A stretch of DNA of 37,823 nucleotides from Patescibacteria group bacterium (GCA_038061035.1 JBBUAC010000023.1:1-37823); one strand, 5' to 3'. Shown: positions 17,319-25,643, counted from the stretch's first letter. The notes: generated from the sequence alone by a model not told the origin. Translations and numbers: made by a program.

Positions 17319-17813
17319 TTAATATTTTTTTATATATGCAAAAGCAGTTAATGCTATAGCTATCGCGTCTAGTTCATCATCGTTTTTTTGACTTTCTTGT
17401 TGTTTTTTATCGTAATTTAAATCAACTAATTTTTCTACCATTTTTAATATTTGTTTTTTATCTGCTCTACCATAACCAGTAATCGCTATTTTTATTTGAA
17501 GTGGAGATACTTCAAAAATTTTTAGCTGAGAAGAAATTCCTTCGTATATTATCACACCTCTCACCTCTGCTACACGCATTGCTGTTTTCTGATTTGTATT
17601 TAAAAATAAAGTTTCAATAGCGAGTATTTCTGGTTTGTATTTTTTTATTATATTTTTTATTTCTATGCCAATTAAAAATATTCTTTCTTCAAATTTTAAT
17701 TTAGCCGAAGTTTTAAAACATTCAGAAAAAACAACTTTTTCTTTTCCAGAAGTTTTTTCTAAAATTGCTATACCAAGTCTTTCATAACCTGGATCTATTC
17801 CTAAAATTCTCAT
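17319..17813 (-). CDS. ruvC: Holliday junction resolvase RuvC
   Basis: MRILGIDPGYERLGIAILE with catalytic Asp/Glu pattern. TATAAT lies 7 nt upstream of the ATG. Confidence 0.92.
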   Translation of the reverse strand: MRILGIDPGYERLGIAILEKTSGKEKVVFSECFKTSAKLKFEERIFLIGIEIKNIIKKYKPEILAIETLFLNTNQKTAMRVAEVRGVIIYEGISSQLKIFEVSPLQIKIAITGYGRADKKQILKMVEKLVDLNYDKKQQESQKNDDELDAIAIALTAFAYIKKY

Positions 17814-17833
17814 AATAAGAATTATAAATTAAA

Positions 17834-17877
17834 AATTACGAATTACGAATTTAATTTTTAATTCGTAATTGATAATT
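17834..17877. repeat. ATTACGA-heptad hairpin (family copy 4) between yebC and ruvC
   Basis: Left arm AATTACGAATTACGAATT (17834-17851). Right arm AATTCGTAATTGATAATT (17860-17877), with the outer half degenerate. Confidence 0.65.
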
Positions 17878-17889
17878 ACTAATTTGTTT

Positions 17890-18426
17890 TTATTCCGCAT
17901 TAGTAAATACATCTTGCACATCATCGTTGTTTTCTAAGTCATCTACTAGTTTTTCGAGCAATACTAATTCTTCATCAGTCGGGGAGGTGGTTGTTTGTGG
18001 TATCCACACAAGTCCTTCAGGTGATATTTCTTTTTGAAAAGCCCAAACTACGGATCCTATACCAGCCAAGGCTGTACCATTTTCAACTAATATATGTTTT
18101 ACATCTTGAGCAGTTCTGTTTTTATTGTCTGTAAGAGTTTCTATTATTACACCCACTCCTCCTGGCCCATAGGCTTCATACATTATATTTTCCATACTTA
18201 CATTAGAATATGTTGCTTTTTTCACCGCTCTTTCAATAATCTCTTTCGGCATATTTACTTTTTTTGCTTTTTCTATAGCACTACGAAGTCCTGGAGAATC
18301 TTTACCACCTGAGAGCCTAGCTTCCACAGATATATATTTTACTAATTTAGAAAAAATCTTACTTTTTTTAGCATCAGTAATTCCTTTTTTATGTTTTATT
18401 TGCGACCAACGATTATGACCAGACAT
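17890..18426 (-). CDS. yebC: YebC/PmpR family DNA-binding regulator (short form)
   Basis: MSGHNRWSQIKHKKG...NRT motif. ATG at 18426 is preferred over the upstream GTG at 18447. Confidence 0.85.
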   Translation of the reverse strand: MSGHNRWSQIKHKKGITDAKKSKIFSKLVKYISVEARLSGGKDSPGLRSAIEKAKKVNMPKEIIERAVKKATYSNVSMENIMYEAYGPGGVGVIIETLTDNKNRTAQDVKHILVENGTALAGIGSVVWAFQKEISPEGLVWIPQTTTSPTDEELVLLEKLVDDLENNDDVQDVFTNAE

Positions 18427-18616
18427 TTTTAGATAAATCTTCCACACCAGTAAGTTCCCAAGAATCCATCTCGTATTTCAAATCGATGCGGTCTTTAATT
18501 CTTTTCATATAATAGAGAACTGAATTGAGTATTAAATCATTTGTTGAAATACCCAAACTGATTGAAACTTGTTTAATTTCTTTTTTAATTTTTTGAGGTA
18601 TAATCAATGTAGTCAT
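18413..18616 (-). CDS. Small ribbon-helix-helix-like protein, overlapping the yebC start by 14 nt
   Basis: N-terminal IIPQKIKKEIKQVSISLGISTNDLILNSVLYYMKRI. TGATACAAT lies 6 nt upstream of the ATG. Confidence 0.45.
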   Translation of the reverse strand: MTTLIIPQKIKKEIKQVSISLGISTNDLILNSVLYYMKRIKDRIDLKYEMDSWELTGVEDLSKNVWS

Positions 18617-18742
18617 ATTTGTATTGTATCATAACGCAATAAAAAATAACAACAAATTCATTTAAGGAATTTATTAACGAATAGTATAATAAAGATAATA
18701 TAGTAATTGTTTATTCTTTTATAAATTTGATATACTTAAAAT

Positions 18743-19387
18743 ATGCAACCTAATAAAGATTTTCAACCCGTATGCACAGGAATACTTTTTAGTAGAGAAA
18801 TAGATAATAAAGATTTACTTGATGGTCTTGTGGATTTATCAAACAGAGGTTTTTTGACTATTTCTGATGAAAGTAATGAAGGTAACTAAAATAAAGTTGT
18901 AAGAGTTAAAGTAATTAGAAATATAAATTATTATGAAGCTGATAGAAATCTTGATCGAATTTTACTTGAATTGTTTTTAGGGGGTGATAAATCTGTATTT
19001 CTCGGAAAAGAGTTTAGTTTTAATGAAAGAATTAAATATAATCGTAGAAATAAAAAACATTACAAAAAACTTCATAAAGAAGCATTACATCAATTGGTTC
19101 TTCGGGGATATTTAAATATAGATTTACCCTTACCACTTAACACACCTTATTTTGGGGATGTGATTATGGGTATTTTTTTTATAGGTTTATTACTAATAGT
19201 TTTTGGTATAGGTATGTCTATCTTATTAGAAGATACCTTTTATATAATATTACTATTTCCTGGTTTTGTATTATCTTTAATAAGTACTATTTTTATTTAT
19301 TTAGGTACCAAAACAAATTATCCCTTAACTCAAAAAGGTCAAGAATTTATTAATGAGCTTAAAAATAAAAATATAAACAGTGCCTAG
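18743..19387 (+). pseudogene. Remnant of a DUF2207-like membrane protein gene: C-terminal half only, interrupted by an in-frame TAA
   Basis: The ATG at 18743 and the ORF at 18971-19387 are in the same frame, separated by TAA at 18887-18889. The joined translation ...DLLDGLVDLSNRGFLTISDESNEGN*NKVVRVKV...ILLELFLGG... followed by two TM segments fits the DUF2207 C-terminal pattern. Confidence 0.5.
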
Positions 19388-19417
19388 ACAGCGGCTTAGG
19401 CGCTGTGAATTTTTTAT
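19388..19417 (+). terminator. GC-rich hairpin terminator
   Basis: ACAGCG-GCTTAGG-CGCTGT followed by GAATTTTTTATTT. Confidence 0.65.
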
Positions 19418-20533
19418 TTAAGTGTTTAATATATCTGTTATGTTTTTTGAAGTTATCAAAGTGACAGGAGTATCTGGATATGCATTTTTCCAGGCACGGG
19501 TTTTGATTGAAGTTTCACTCCACTTACATTCAAAAGCTTCTAATTTTTCATATGTTTCTTCTACTAAATCAATCTCACTGCCATCTTTGGTTCGCCAAAA
19601 ATATGGACGAGTATGGTTACCTGATTTTTGATATTGTTTTATTCTTTCACTTATAAAAAAGTTTTCAAACAAAGACCCCTTATCATGTCTTTTGTCTAAA
19701 GAATTAAAATTATCAAGAAGAGCATTTTTTATTCCAGTATCATAAAAGAATATTTTTTCAAATCTAGTAACTTCATTACGTTTGTTTTTAGAAAGTGGCG
19801 GAAGTCTAAATATTATAAATGCTTGTTCTAATATTTTTATATATTGCATAATTGTTTGTCTGCTAACTTCCAATTTTTGAGCTATCTCATTATACGAAAC
19901 TTGGTTACCTGATTGTAAAGCAAGTAATCTAACTAATTTTTCTAAAATAATTGGCTTTCTAACTGTATCTATTTTTAAAATATCTCTAAAAAGATAATCA
20001 TTTGCAATAATTTTTAAATCAAAAGAGGGGTTTGTTGAAGAGATGATTCCAGGATACATTCCATACAATATTCTTTGTTCTAAAAGTCTCTTAGATTCCA
20101 ATTCACCAACAGTGTTTGAGTATTCTTGATATGAAATTGGATAAAGCATAAATGGTATATTCCTACCAGTTAAAGGTTCTAAAATTTTATTTGCCAACTC
20201 AAAAGAAGAAGAACCTGTAGCTATTATTTTTATTTCTGGATAAGTGTCGTGAAGAAGTTTTAAAGAAAGACCGATATTTTCCACTCTTTGGGCTTCATCA
20301 AGTACTACAAAAGTAGCATTTTTTATAAAAGCTTTCATTGCAGAAGAGGTTTTATTTGAAAAAGCTTCACGAATATCAGGTTCATCACACGAAAGGTAAA
20401 GACCATTGTGTTCTTTGATAATTTCTTTTACAAGTGTTGTTTTGCCAACTTGTCTAGCTCCATAGAGTATGGTAATTCTCGGGTCATTTAAAGATTCAAT
20501 TATTTTATTTTTTAACCATCTTTTTATAAGCAT
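19418..20533 (-). CDS. AAA+ ATPase, AAA_14 + DUF4143 (COG1373-like), paralog 3
   Basis: Walker A LYGARQVGKTTL, Walker B FVVLDEAQ, ATGSSS motif. TATAAT (20541-20546 on the plus strand as ATTATA) lies 7 nt upstream of the ATG. Confidence 0.85.
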   Translation of the reverse strand: MLIKRWLKNKIIESLNDPRITILYGARQVGKTTLVKEIIKEHNGLYLSCDEPDIREAFSNKTSSAMKAFIKNATFVVLDEAQRVENIGLSLKLLHDTYPEIKIIATGSSSFELANKILEPLTGRNIPFMLYPISYQEYSNTVGELESKRLLEQRILYGMYPGIISSTNPSFDLKIIANDYLFRDILKIDTVRKPIILEKLVRLLALQSGNQVSYNEIAQKLEVSRQTIMQYIKILEQAFIIFRLPPLSKNKRNEVTRFEKIFFYDTGIKNALLDNFNSLDKRHDKGSLFENFFISERIKQYQKSGNHTRPYFWRTKDGSEIDLVEETYEKLEAFECKWSETSIKTRAWKNAYPDTPVTLITSKNITDILNT

Positions 20534-20576
20534 ACTTATTATTATATGCCTAAAAAAGCAATTGTAAATCCAATTA

Positions 20577-20585
20577 TGTGGATAA
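20577..20585. promoter_or_regulatory. Perfect DnaA box TGTGGATAA outside oriC
   Basis: Exact consensus, with the same flanks as the box at 17304-17312. Confidence 0.5.
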
Positions 20586-20624
20586 CTTTTTTAGTTTTTC
20601 TTTTTATAATTTTTAACTTTATAA

Positions 20625-20702
20625 TTAATCTTTTTCAATTCCTAAATGTTCATAGGCTTTATTTGTAGCAATGCGTTCGCGGGCGGTGAGTTCGGGAAGC
20701 GG
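20625..20702 (-). pseudogene. Orphan fragment encoding a RuvB C-terminus
   Basis: The minus strand translates to PLPELTARERIATNKAYEHLGIEKD*. Compare the intact RuvB end TPRGRMATQKAYEHLGFDLPEN*. Nucleotide similarity to 21331-21400 is roughly 75% by eye. Confidence 0.7.
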
Positions 20703-20704
20703 GG

Positions 20705-20959
20705 TTATTGGTCGGTGTATTGATGAAGAACTGAGGTCACAAGTGTCTGATATGGTATACCTTTTTCTACTGCGCGGACTTTAAGCTTCGCAAGGTCACG
20801 CAAAGATAGGCGGATATTGATATTTTTGGTTTTGTCGAGTGTGGATTTAGCAATTGACTGGAATCTTTTTAATTCACTTTTTGGCCTAGTAATCATTTTG
20901 TCATTTTCAATCGCGCTTAATATTTCTTCTTCTTCTTTTGTTAGTTCATAGTATTTCAT
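20705..20959 (-). CDS. brnA: BrnA family antitoxin
   Basis: C-terminal INIRLSLRDLAKLKVRAVEKGIPYQTLVTSVLHQY. Confidence 0.8.
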   Translation of the reverse strand: MKYYELTKEEEEILSAIENDKMITRPKSELKRFQSIAKSTLDKTKNINIRLSLRDLAKLKVRAVEKGIPYQTLVTSVLHQYTDQ

Positions 20960-20960
20960 A

Positions 20961-21245
20961 TTATTTTTTCTTTTTATTAATAATAAATTTTTTCGTCATT
21001 TTTCTGCTTGGGATAATTGTTTTCAAAAATATTTTTTCGTCGTCTTCTACAAAAGGAACAATATAAGCGTATTCTCTTATCTCGACAATAAGGACGCTTT
21101 GTGAAGGATATCTTGTCTTGTTTGGATGATCAGATATCTCAATCGTACTACCATTTTGGATTGCTAGGACAACTTCTTCAAATCCTACATTTCGTTCTGC
21201 TTTGAGTTTATCATTTTTTTCAATATTCCAATCAAAATACTTCAT
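20961..21245 (-). CDS. brnT: BrnT family (DUF497/COG2929) toxin
   Basis: YFDWNIEKNDKLKAERNVGFEEVV N-terminal signature. The toxin precedes the antitoxin with a 1-nt gap. TATACT lies 6 nt upstream of the ATG. Confidence 0.7.
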   Translation of the reverse strand: MKYFDWNIEKNDKLKAERNVGFEEVVLAIQNGSTIEISDHPNKTRYPSQSVLIVEIREYAYIVPFVEDDEKIFLKTIIPSRKMTKKFIINKKKK

Positions 21246-21327
21246 ACTTAGAGTATATACAAATGATATTATATGTCAATAACTGCTATAGATAGCAGTA
21301 TCATAGTCTTCTTTATTAAAAAATGTT

Positions 21328-22332
21328 TTAGTTTTCCGGAAGATCAAATCCCAAATGCTCATATGCTTTTTGTGTAGCCATACGTCCACGAGGTGTACGC
21401 TCCAAAAGACCGAGTTGTATTAAATATGGTTCTGTCACTTCTTCTATGGTTGCTTCTTCTTCTGAAGTTGCGGCACTAATTGTTTTTAAACCAACAGGGC
21501 CACCGTTAAATTTTTCAATAAGTATTTCTAAAAATTTTCTGTCTGAAGAATTTAAACCAATTTCATCAATAGCGAGCATAGTAAGTGCTTCTCCTACTGT
21601 TTTTTTGTCTAAATTCTTTTTATGTACTTGTGCAAAATCTCGTACTCTTTTTAAAAAATAATTTGCCATACGAGGAGTAAACCTACTTCTTTTTGCTATT
21701 TCTTCTAGTGCATCTTCTTCTAATTTTGTTTCAAGCAATTTACTTGATCTTTGTATTATTTTTCCAATTTCTTCATTTGAATAAAATTCTAAACGAAAAA
21801 CTCCACCTGAGAATCGCGAACGAAGAGGGGATGAGACCAATGCTACACGAGTCGTCGCAGCTATTAGTGTAAAAGGTGGAAGATCGAGTTGTATTGTTCT
21901 GGCAGAAGGACCTTTTCCTATTATGATATCCAATACACCGGATTCCATTGCTGGATACAATATTTCTTCAACCATTTTATTTAATCTATGAATTTCATCT
22001 ATAAATAAAATATTACCACTTGAGAGATTTGTGAGAATAGATGCGAGGTCACCTACTTTTTCAATAGCAGGTCCTGAAGTTATTTTCATTTGTCTTCCTG
22101 TTTCATTTGCTATAAGGTGCGCTAATGTTGTTTTTCCTAATCCAGGTGGCCCATAAAAAAGTATGTGTTCAGGAATATGCCCACGCTCCTTGGCTGCCAA
22201 AAGAAGTATTTTAACATTGTCTTTTATGTGTTTTTGGCCAACATATTCATCCCATTTAGTAGGACGAAGGGTTTGATCTAAGTAGGTATCACCAACACCA
22301 TTTTGATTTTTTTTGTTTTGTTTACTTGACAT
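21328..22332 (-). CDS. ruvB: Holliday junction branch migration helicase RuvB
   Basis: Walker A GPPGLGKTTLA, Walker B LFIDEIHRL, arginine finger region. Confidence 0.97.
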   Translation of the reverse strand: MSSKQNKKNQNGVGDTYLDQTLRPTKWDEYVGQKHIKDNVKILLLAAKERGHIPEHILFYGPPGLGKTTLAHLIANETGRQMKITSGPAIEKVGDLASILTNLSSGNILFIDEIHRLNKMVEEILYPAMESGVLDIIIGKGPSARTIQLDLPPFTLIAATTRVALVSSPLRSRFSGGVFRLEFYSNEEIGKIIQRSSKLLETKLEEDALEEIAKRSRFTPRMANYFLKRVRDFAQVHKKNLDKKTVGEALTMLAIDEIGLNSSDRKFLEILIEKFNGGPVGLKTISAATSEEEATIEEVTEPYLIQLGLLERTPRGRMATQKAYEHLGFDLPEN

Positions 22333-22366
22333 TGTTTCTAATATATGCTACATTATAAAAGCTATG

Positions 22367-22384
22367 TTATCAACAGTATCCACA
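22367..22384. promoter_or_regulatory. Tandem DnaA-box-like pair upstream of ruvB
   Basis: TTATCAACA (22367-22375) is directly followed by GTATCCACA (22376-22384). Each has one mismatch to TTATCCACA. Confidence 0.4.
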
Positions 22385-22426
22385 TTATAACATTTGCTTG
22401 TTCTTTTATATAGGTATAATTAAAAG

Positions 22427-22581
22427 AGAGAAGGCATTAATCTCTAAGCAATCAGCCATCGGTTATATATATTTGCGTAGGACGCTCTGGTTTTTTTTAA
22501 AATACTGGGTCTATCCTTCAAAAATTTATTACTTTCTGGGCTTAGCCCTAAAAGGATTGTTTAGAGATTAATGCTTTTTTT
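22427..22581 (+). ncRNA. Candidate structured small RNA of about 150 nt, class unknown
   Basis: TTGCTT/TATAAT-like promoter, with the -10 at 22415-22420. A 20-bp closing helix pairs 22434-22453 with 22555-22574 (one G-U pair). T7 follows immediately. There is no downstream plus-strand gene. Confidence 0.4.
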
Positions 22582-22613
22582 GTGCCTCTACGGCACATCC
22601 GCCGAAGAGGCGG
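22581..22613. repeat. Two adjacent GC-rich mini-hairpins
   Basis: TGTGCC-TCTAC-GGCACA (22581-22597) and CCGCC-GAAGA-GGCGG (22599-22613). The string CGCCGAAG..GGCGGAAC recurs at 25584-25598 in tsaE. Confidence 0.65.
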
Positions 22614-22617
22614 AACT

Positions 22618-23277
22618 TCATTTTATTTTATATTTTTCATAATTTAAACAAAAATTTTTACCACCTTTTTTAAAATCATTATAAGCTTCATCTATGATTT
22701 CCAGCACTTCGTTTGAATTTTTTACATAAAAAGCCAACTTATAATCATCTTCTTTTAAATATTCTTTAGCCAAAAGTTCATCTTTTATCCAACGAAGAAG
22801 TCCTTCCCACTCATCTCCTATTAGTATTATAGGAATATCACATATATGATGCACCTGGACTAATTGCCAAGTATAAAATAACTCAAGAAGAGTTCCAAGT
22901 CCGCCGGGCTCTACAATAACTGCATTTGATAAAAGCATAAACTCATCTAATCTTCGGGAAAAAATATTAAGTTTTTTTCTGTACTCAACGCCTTCATTGA
23001 ATTTTTGGTTCCAAGGTAAGTTAATTCCTATTCCTACAGAATATGCATTACTTCCACTTATGGTGGTGCCTATGACATGCCCTTCATTTGCCGCCTTCAT
23101 TAGTCCTGGTCCGCCACCTGTCAAGACATCTATTCCTCTTTCTCCAAGCATAGCGGCCAAATGCTTCACTCTCCTATAAGTGTCATCTTCTTCTTCTATT
23201 TTTGAACTTCCAAATATAGCTACTCTAAAGTGATTATTTTTATTTTTTTTAAATTCTTTAAAATTTTCTGGATCCAT
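22618..23277 (-). CDS. LOG family (TIGR00730) nucleotide phosphoribohydrolase-like protein
   Basis: GGGPGLMKAANEG and PGGLGTLLELF motifs. Confidence 0.85.
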   Translation of the reverse strand: MDPENFKEFKKNKNNHFRVAIFGSSKIEEEDDTYRRVKHLAAMLGERGIDVLTGGGPGLMKAANEGHVIGTTISGSNAYSVGIGINLPWNQKFNEGVEYRKKLNIFSRRLDEFMLLSNAVIVEPGGLGTLLELFYTWQLVQVHHICDIPIILIGDEWEGLLRWIKDELLAKEYLKEDDYKLAFYVKNSNEVLEIIDEAYNDFKKGGKNFCLNYEKYKIK

Positions 23278-23289
23278 AATTTTTATTAA

Positions 23290-24996
23290 TTATTCCTCAA
23301 ATAAATCAACCACGCTTTGTACTTCTTCAAAAGAAGTAATACCGTTTAATATTTTTACCACACCATCTTGTCTCATAGAAAGTATTCCTTGTGTTTTTGC
23401 CACTTTTTTTATTTCACGCTCACTTGGATTTTCTGATATTATTTTTTCAATAGCCTCGTCGGTTTTTATTGCTTCAAAAATTCCAATTCTGCCTTTATAT
23501 CCAGTCATATTACATTTTTCACAACCAATGTGCATAAATAATTTCAAAGAATTTTCCACAGTATTTTTATTTATATTGTATTTTTCAAGATTTTTTCCTT
23601 CTTCTTCCACTCCTTTTATAATTAATTTTATTACATCCATTTCTTTTTCATCTGCTTCTTTTTCTATTTTACAATATACGCAAAGCTTACGTACTAATCT
23701 TTGAGCGATAGACAATGACAATGCTGAGACCATTATTTTAGGATTAATACTAAGGTCTATTAATCGTGGTATAACACCAGCTGCGTTATTTGTGTGTAAT
23801 GTGGAAAAAACCAAGTGCCCAGTCAAAGCTGATTGTATCGCAACTTTTGCTGTTTCAGCGTCACGAATTTCTCCTACCATAATTACATCTGGGTCTTGAC
23901 GCAACGCAGCACGTAATCCATCCAGAAATCCATAATCTCTCCTCGCTTCTGTTTGGGTTTGTGTTATCCCTTCTAAACGATATTCAACAGGGTCTTCAAT
24001 GGTTATGATATTTATATCTGGAGAATATATTTTTTTTAGGAATGCATATAAAGTAGTAGTTTTTCCACTTCCTGTTGGTCCTGTTACTAAAATCAATCCA
24101 TTGGGTTTTGATATTTCTTCTTCTATAATAGAAAAAAGATATGGTTCAATTCCTATACTATTTAATTCTATTTGTATAGATTTTGGGTCCAATATTCTCA
24201 TAACAATAGATTCACCATATGATCCTGGAATAAGGGAAGTACGAATACTTATTTCATCACCACCTTCTGTAATACTAAAACGACCATCTTGAGGTTTTTT
24301 TGATGTTAATTTCATTCCAGAGAGAAGTTTTATTCGTGAATTGAGTAAATTATATGTATCAATATCAAAAGACTCCACATCTTGAAGAATTCCATCTAAT
24401 CTAAGTCGAAGTCTTCCTTTGTCCTTTTCTGGTTCTATGTGCACATCTGATGCATTTATGGCTATAGCTCCGGCCAATATTATTTCAAGTAAACGAGAAA
24501 TCTTATGAGCCTTTTTTTCCTCTAATGCTTTTTTAATAAGTTTTGAAATGTCTTGCATTTGATTTATGTTTTTTGCAGTATCGCGAAGTATTTCGGCTTC
24601 TATGTCGAGTCCTCCGACCTTTGAACTTTCTGCCATGGAAAGTTCTTTATATCTATCCCATACTTTTTCTATACTTCCCATAGATGTCATATAAAAAATA
24701 GGGTCTAAACTTTTTCTTTCCATTTCATCTTTTAATTTAGAAATTAATTCTGGGGTGGGAGAGCGAAGTGCAATATAAATATTTTTACCACTTAATTTAA
24801 AAGGAGCGATTTTCATATTACGCGCATCGTTTTCCGATATAGCTCGAAGTGCTTCATTGTCTATACCTAGATTATATAAATTTACATAAGGAAGATCGTA
24901 TTTTGATTCAGCTAAAAATTTCACCAATTGTTCTTCTTCCAACTTATGCAAATCGTCTAATTGTTTATTTTGTTTTTCTTCATCAAAGTCGGACAT
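23290..24996 (-). CDS. pilB: GspE/PilB family secretion/type IV pilus assembly ATPase
   Basis: Walker A GPTGSGKTTTLY, Asp box, Walker B VIMVGEIRD, His box LVFSTLHTN, and tetracysteine CVYC...CEKC. TATAAT lies 7 nt upstream of the ATG. Confidence 0.9.
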   Translation of the reverse strand: MSDFDEEKQNKQLDDLHKLEEEQLVKFLAESKYDLPYVNLYNLGIDNEALRAISENDARNMKIAPFKLSGKNIYIALRSPTPELISKLKDEMERKSLDPIFYMTSMGSIEKVWDRYKELSMAESSKVGGLDIEAEILRDTAKNINQMQDISKLIKKALEEKKAHKISRLLEIILAGAIAINASDVHIEPEKDKGRLRLRLDGILQDVESFDIDTYNLLNSRIKLLSGMKLTSKKPQDGRFSITEGGDEISIRTSLIPGSYGESIVMRILDPKSIQIELNSIGIEPYLFSIIEEEISKPNGLILVTGPTGSGKTTTLYAFLKKIYSPDINIITIEDPVEYRLEGITQTQTEARRDYGFLDGLRAALRQDPDVIMVGEIRDAETAKVAIQSALTGHLVFSTLHTNNAAGVIPRLIDLSINPKIMVSALSLSIAQRLVRKLCVYCKIEKEADEKEMDVIKLIIKGVEEEGKNLEKYNINKNTVENSLKLFMHIGCEKCNMTGYKGRIGIFEAIKTDEAIEKIISENPSEREIKKVAKTQGILSMRQDGVVKILNGITSFEEVQSVVDLFEE

Positions 24997-25136
24997 AATA
25001 TAGATTATATCTTATTTTATCTTTTTAACCAAAACCAAACAAGCTTGTGTTAGTTGATCTGTTGGTAAAAAAATACTTCTGTTGTTAATTAATTGTAAAC
25101 AACTAGTAGTATGGTTTTTTATGTTAGTATTTAAAA

Positions 25137-25643
25137 ATGGGAAAGATAATGCAAAAAGTTTCAAAAAACACTAAAGACACAGAAAAAATTGCGCAAGATT
25201 TTTTAAAACACCTTATGTCAAAGGGAACCTTTGACACTGCTTGTGTGGTCGGCTTGTCGGGGGATTTAGGAACAGGGAAGACTACATTTACTCAATTTAT
25301 TGCTAAAAATTTAGGAATAAAAACAAAAGTAAAAAGTCCGACATTTGTGATAATGAAGCGGTACACCCTCACCCCAACCCTCTCCCGAAGGGAGAGGGGG
25401 CATAGATACAAAAATCTCTTTCACATCGACGCCTACAGATTAAAAAATGAAAAAGAATTATTACACCTTGGTTGGGAAGAAATTGTTTCAAATCCAGAAA
25501 ATTTAATTTTTATAGAATGGCCAGAAAATATTAAAAAAGCTATGCCAAAAAAATATCACAAAGTATTTATAAAACACTTGCCTCGCCGAAGCGGAACGAA
25601 GGCGGGCACAAAAGAAGGACACAGAAAGTTTAGAATAAAATAA
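25137..25643 (+). CDS. tsaE: tRNA t6A37 biosynthesis ATPase TsaE, with an internal insertion and a C-terminal extension
   Basis: GLSGDLGTGKTTFTQ, SPTF, HIDAYRL motifs. The insert TLTPTLSRRERGHR and the tail LPRRSGTKAGTKEGHRKFRIK coincide with GC-rich hairpins. Confidence 0.85.
   Translation: MGKIMQKVSKNTKDTEKIAQDFLKHLMSKGTFDTACVVGLSGDLGTGKTTFTQFIAKNLGIKTKVKSPTFVIMKRYTLTPTLSRRERGHRYKNLFHIDAYRLKNEKELLHLGWEEIVSNPENLIFIEWPENIKKAMPKKYHKVFIKHLPRRSGTKAGTKEGHRKFRIK
25378..25398. repeat. GC-rich perfect hairpin inside the tsaE coding sequence
   Basis: CCCTCTCCC-GAA-GGGAGAGGG (9-bp stem) within a GC-rich patch at about 25363-25402. Confidence 0.85.
25579..25608. repeat. GC-rich hairpin in the 3' end of tsaE
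   Basis: TGCC(T)CGCC ... GGCGGGCA is 8 bp with one bulge. It shares CGCCGAAG.CGGAAC with 22600-22616. Confidence 0.6.

Noticed and set aside
22427-22581. Riboswitch or 5' leader interpretation of the structured region
   Set aside because: There is no plus-strand coding sequence downstream, since the neighbouring genes are on the minus strand. I also recognise no known riboswitch core.
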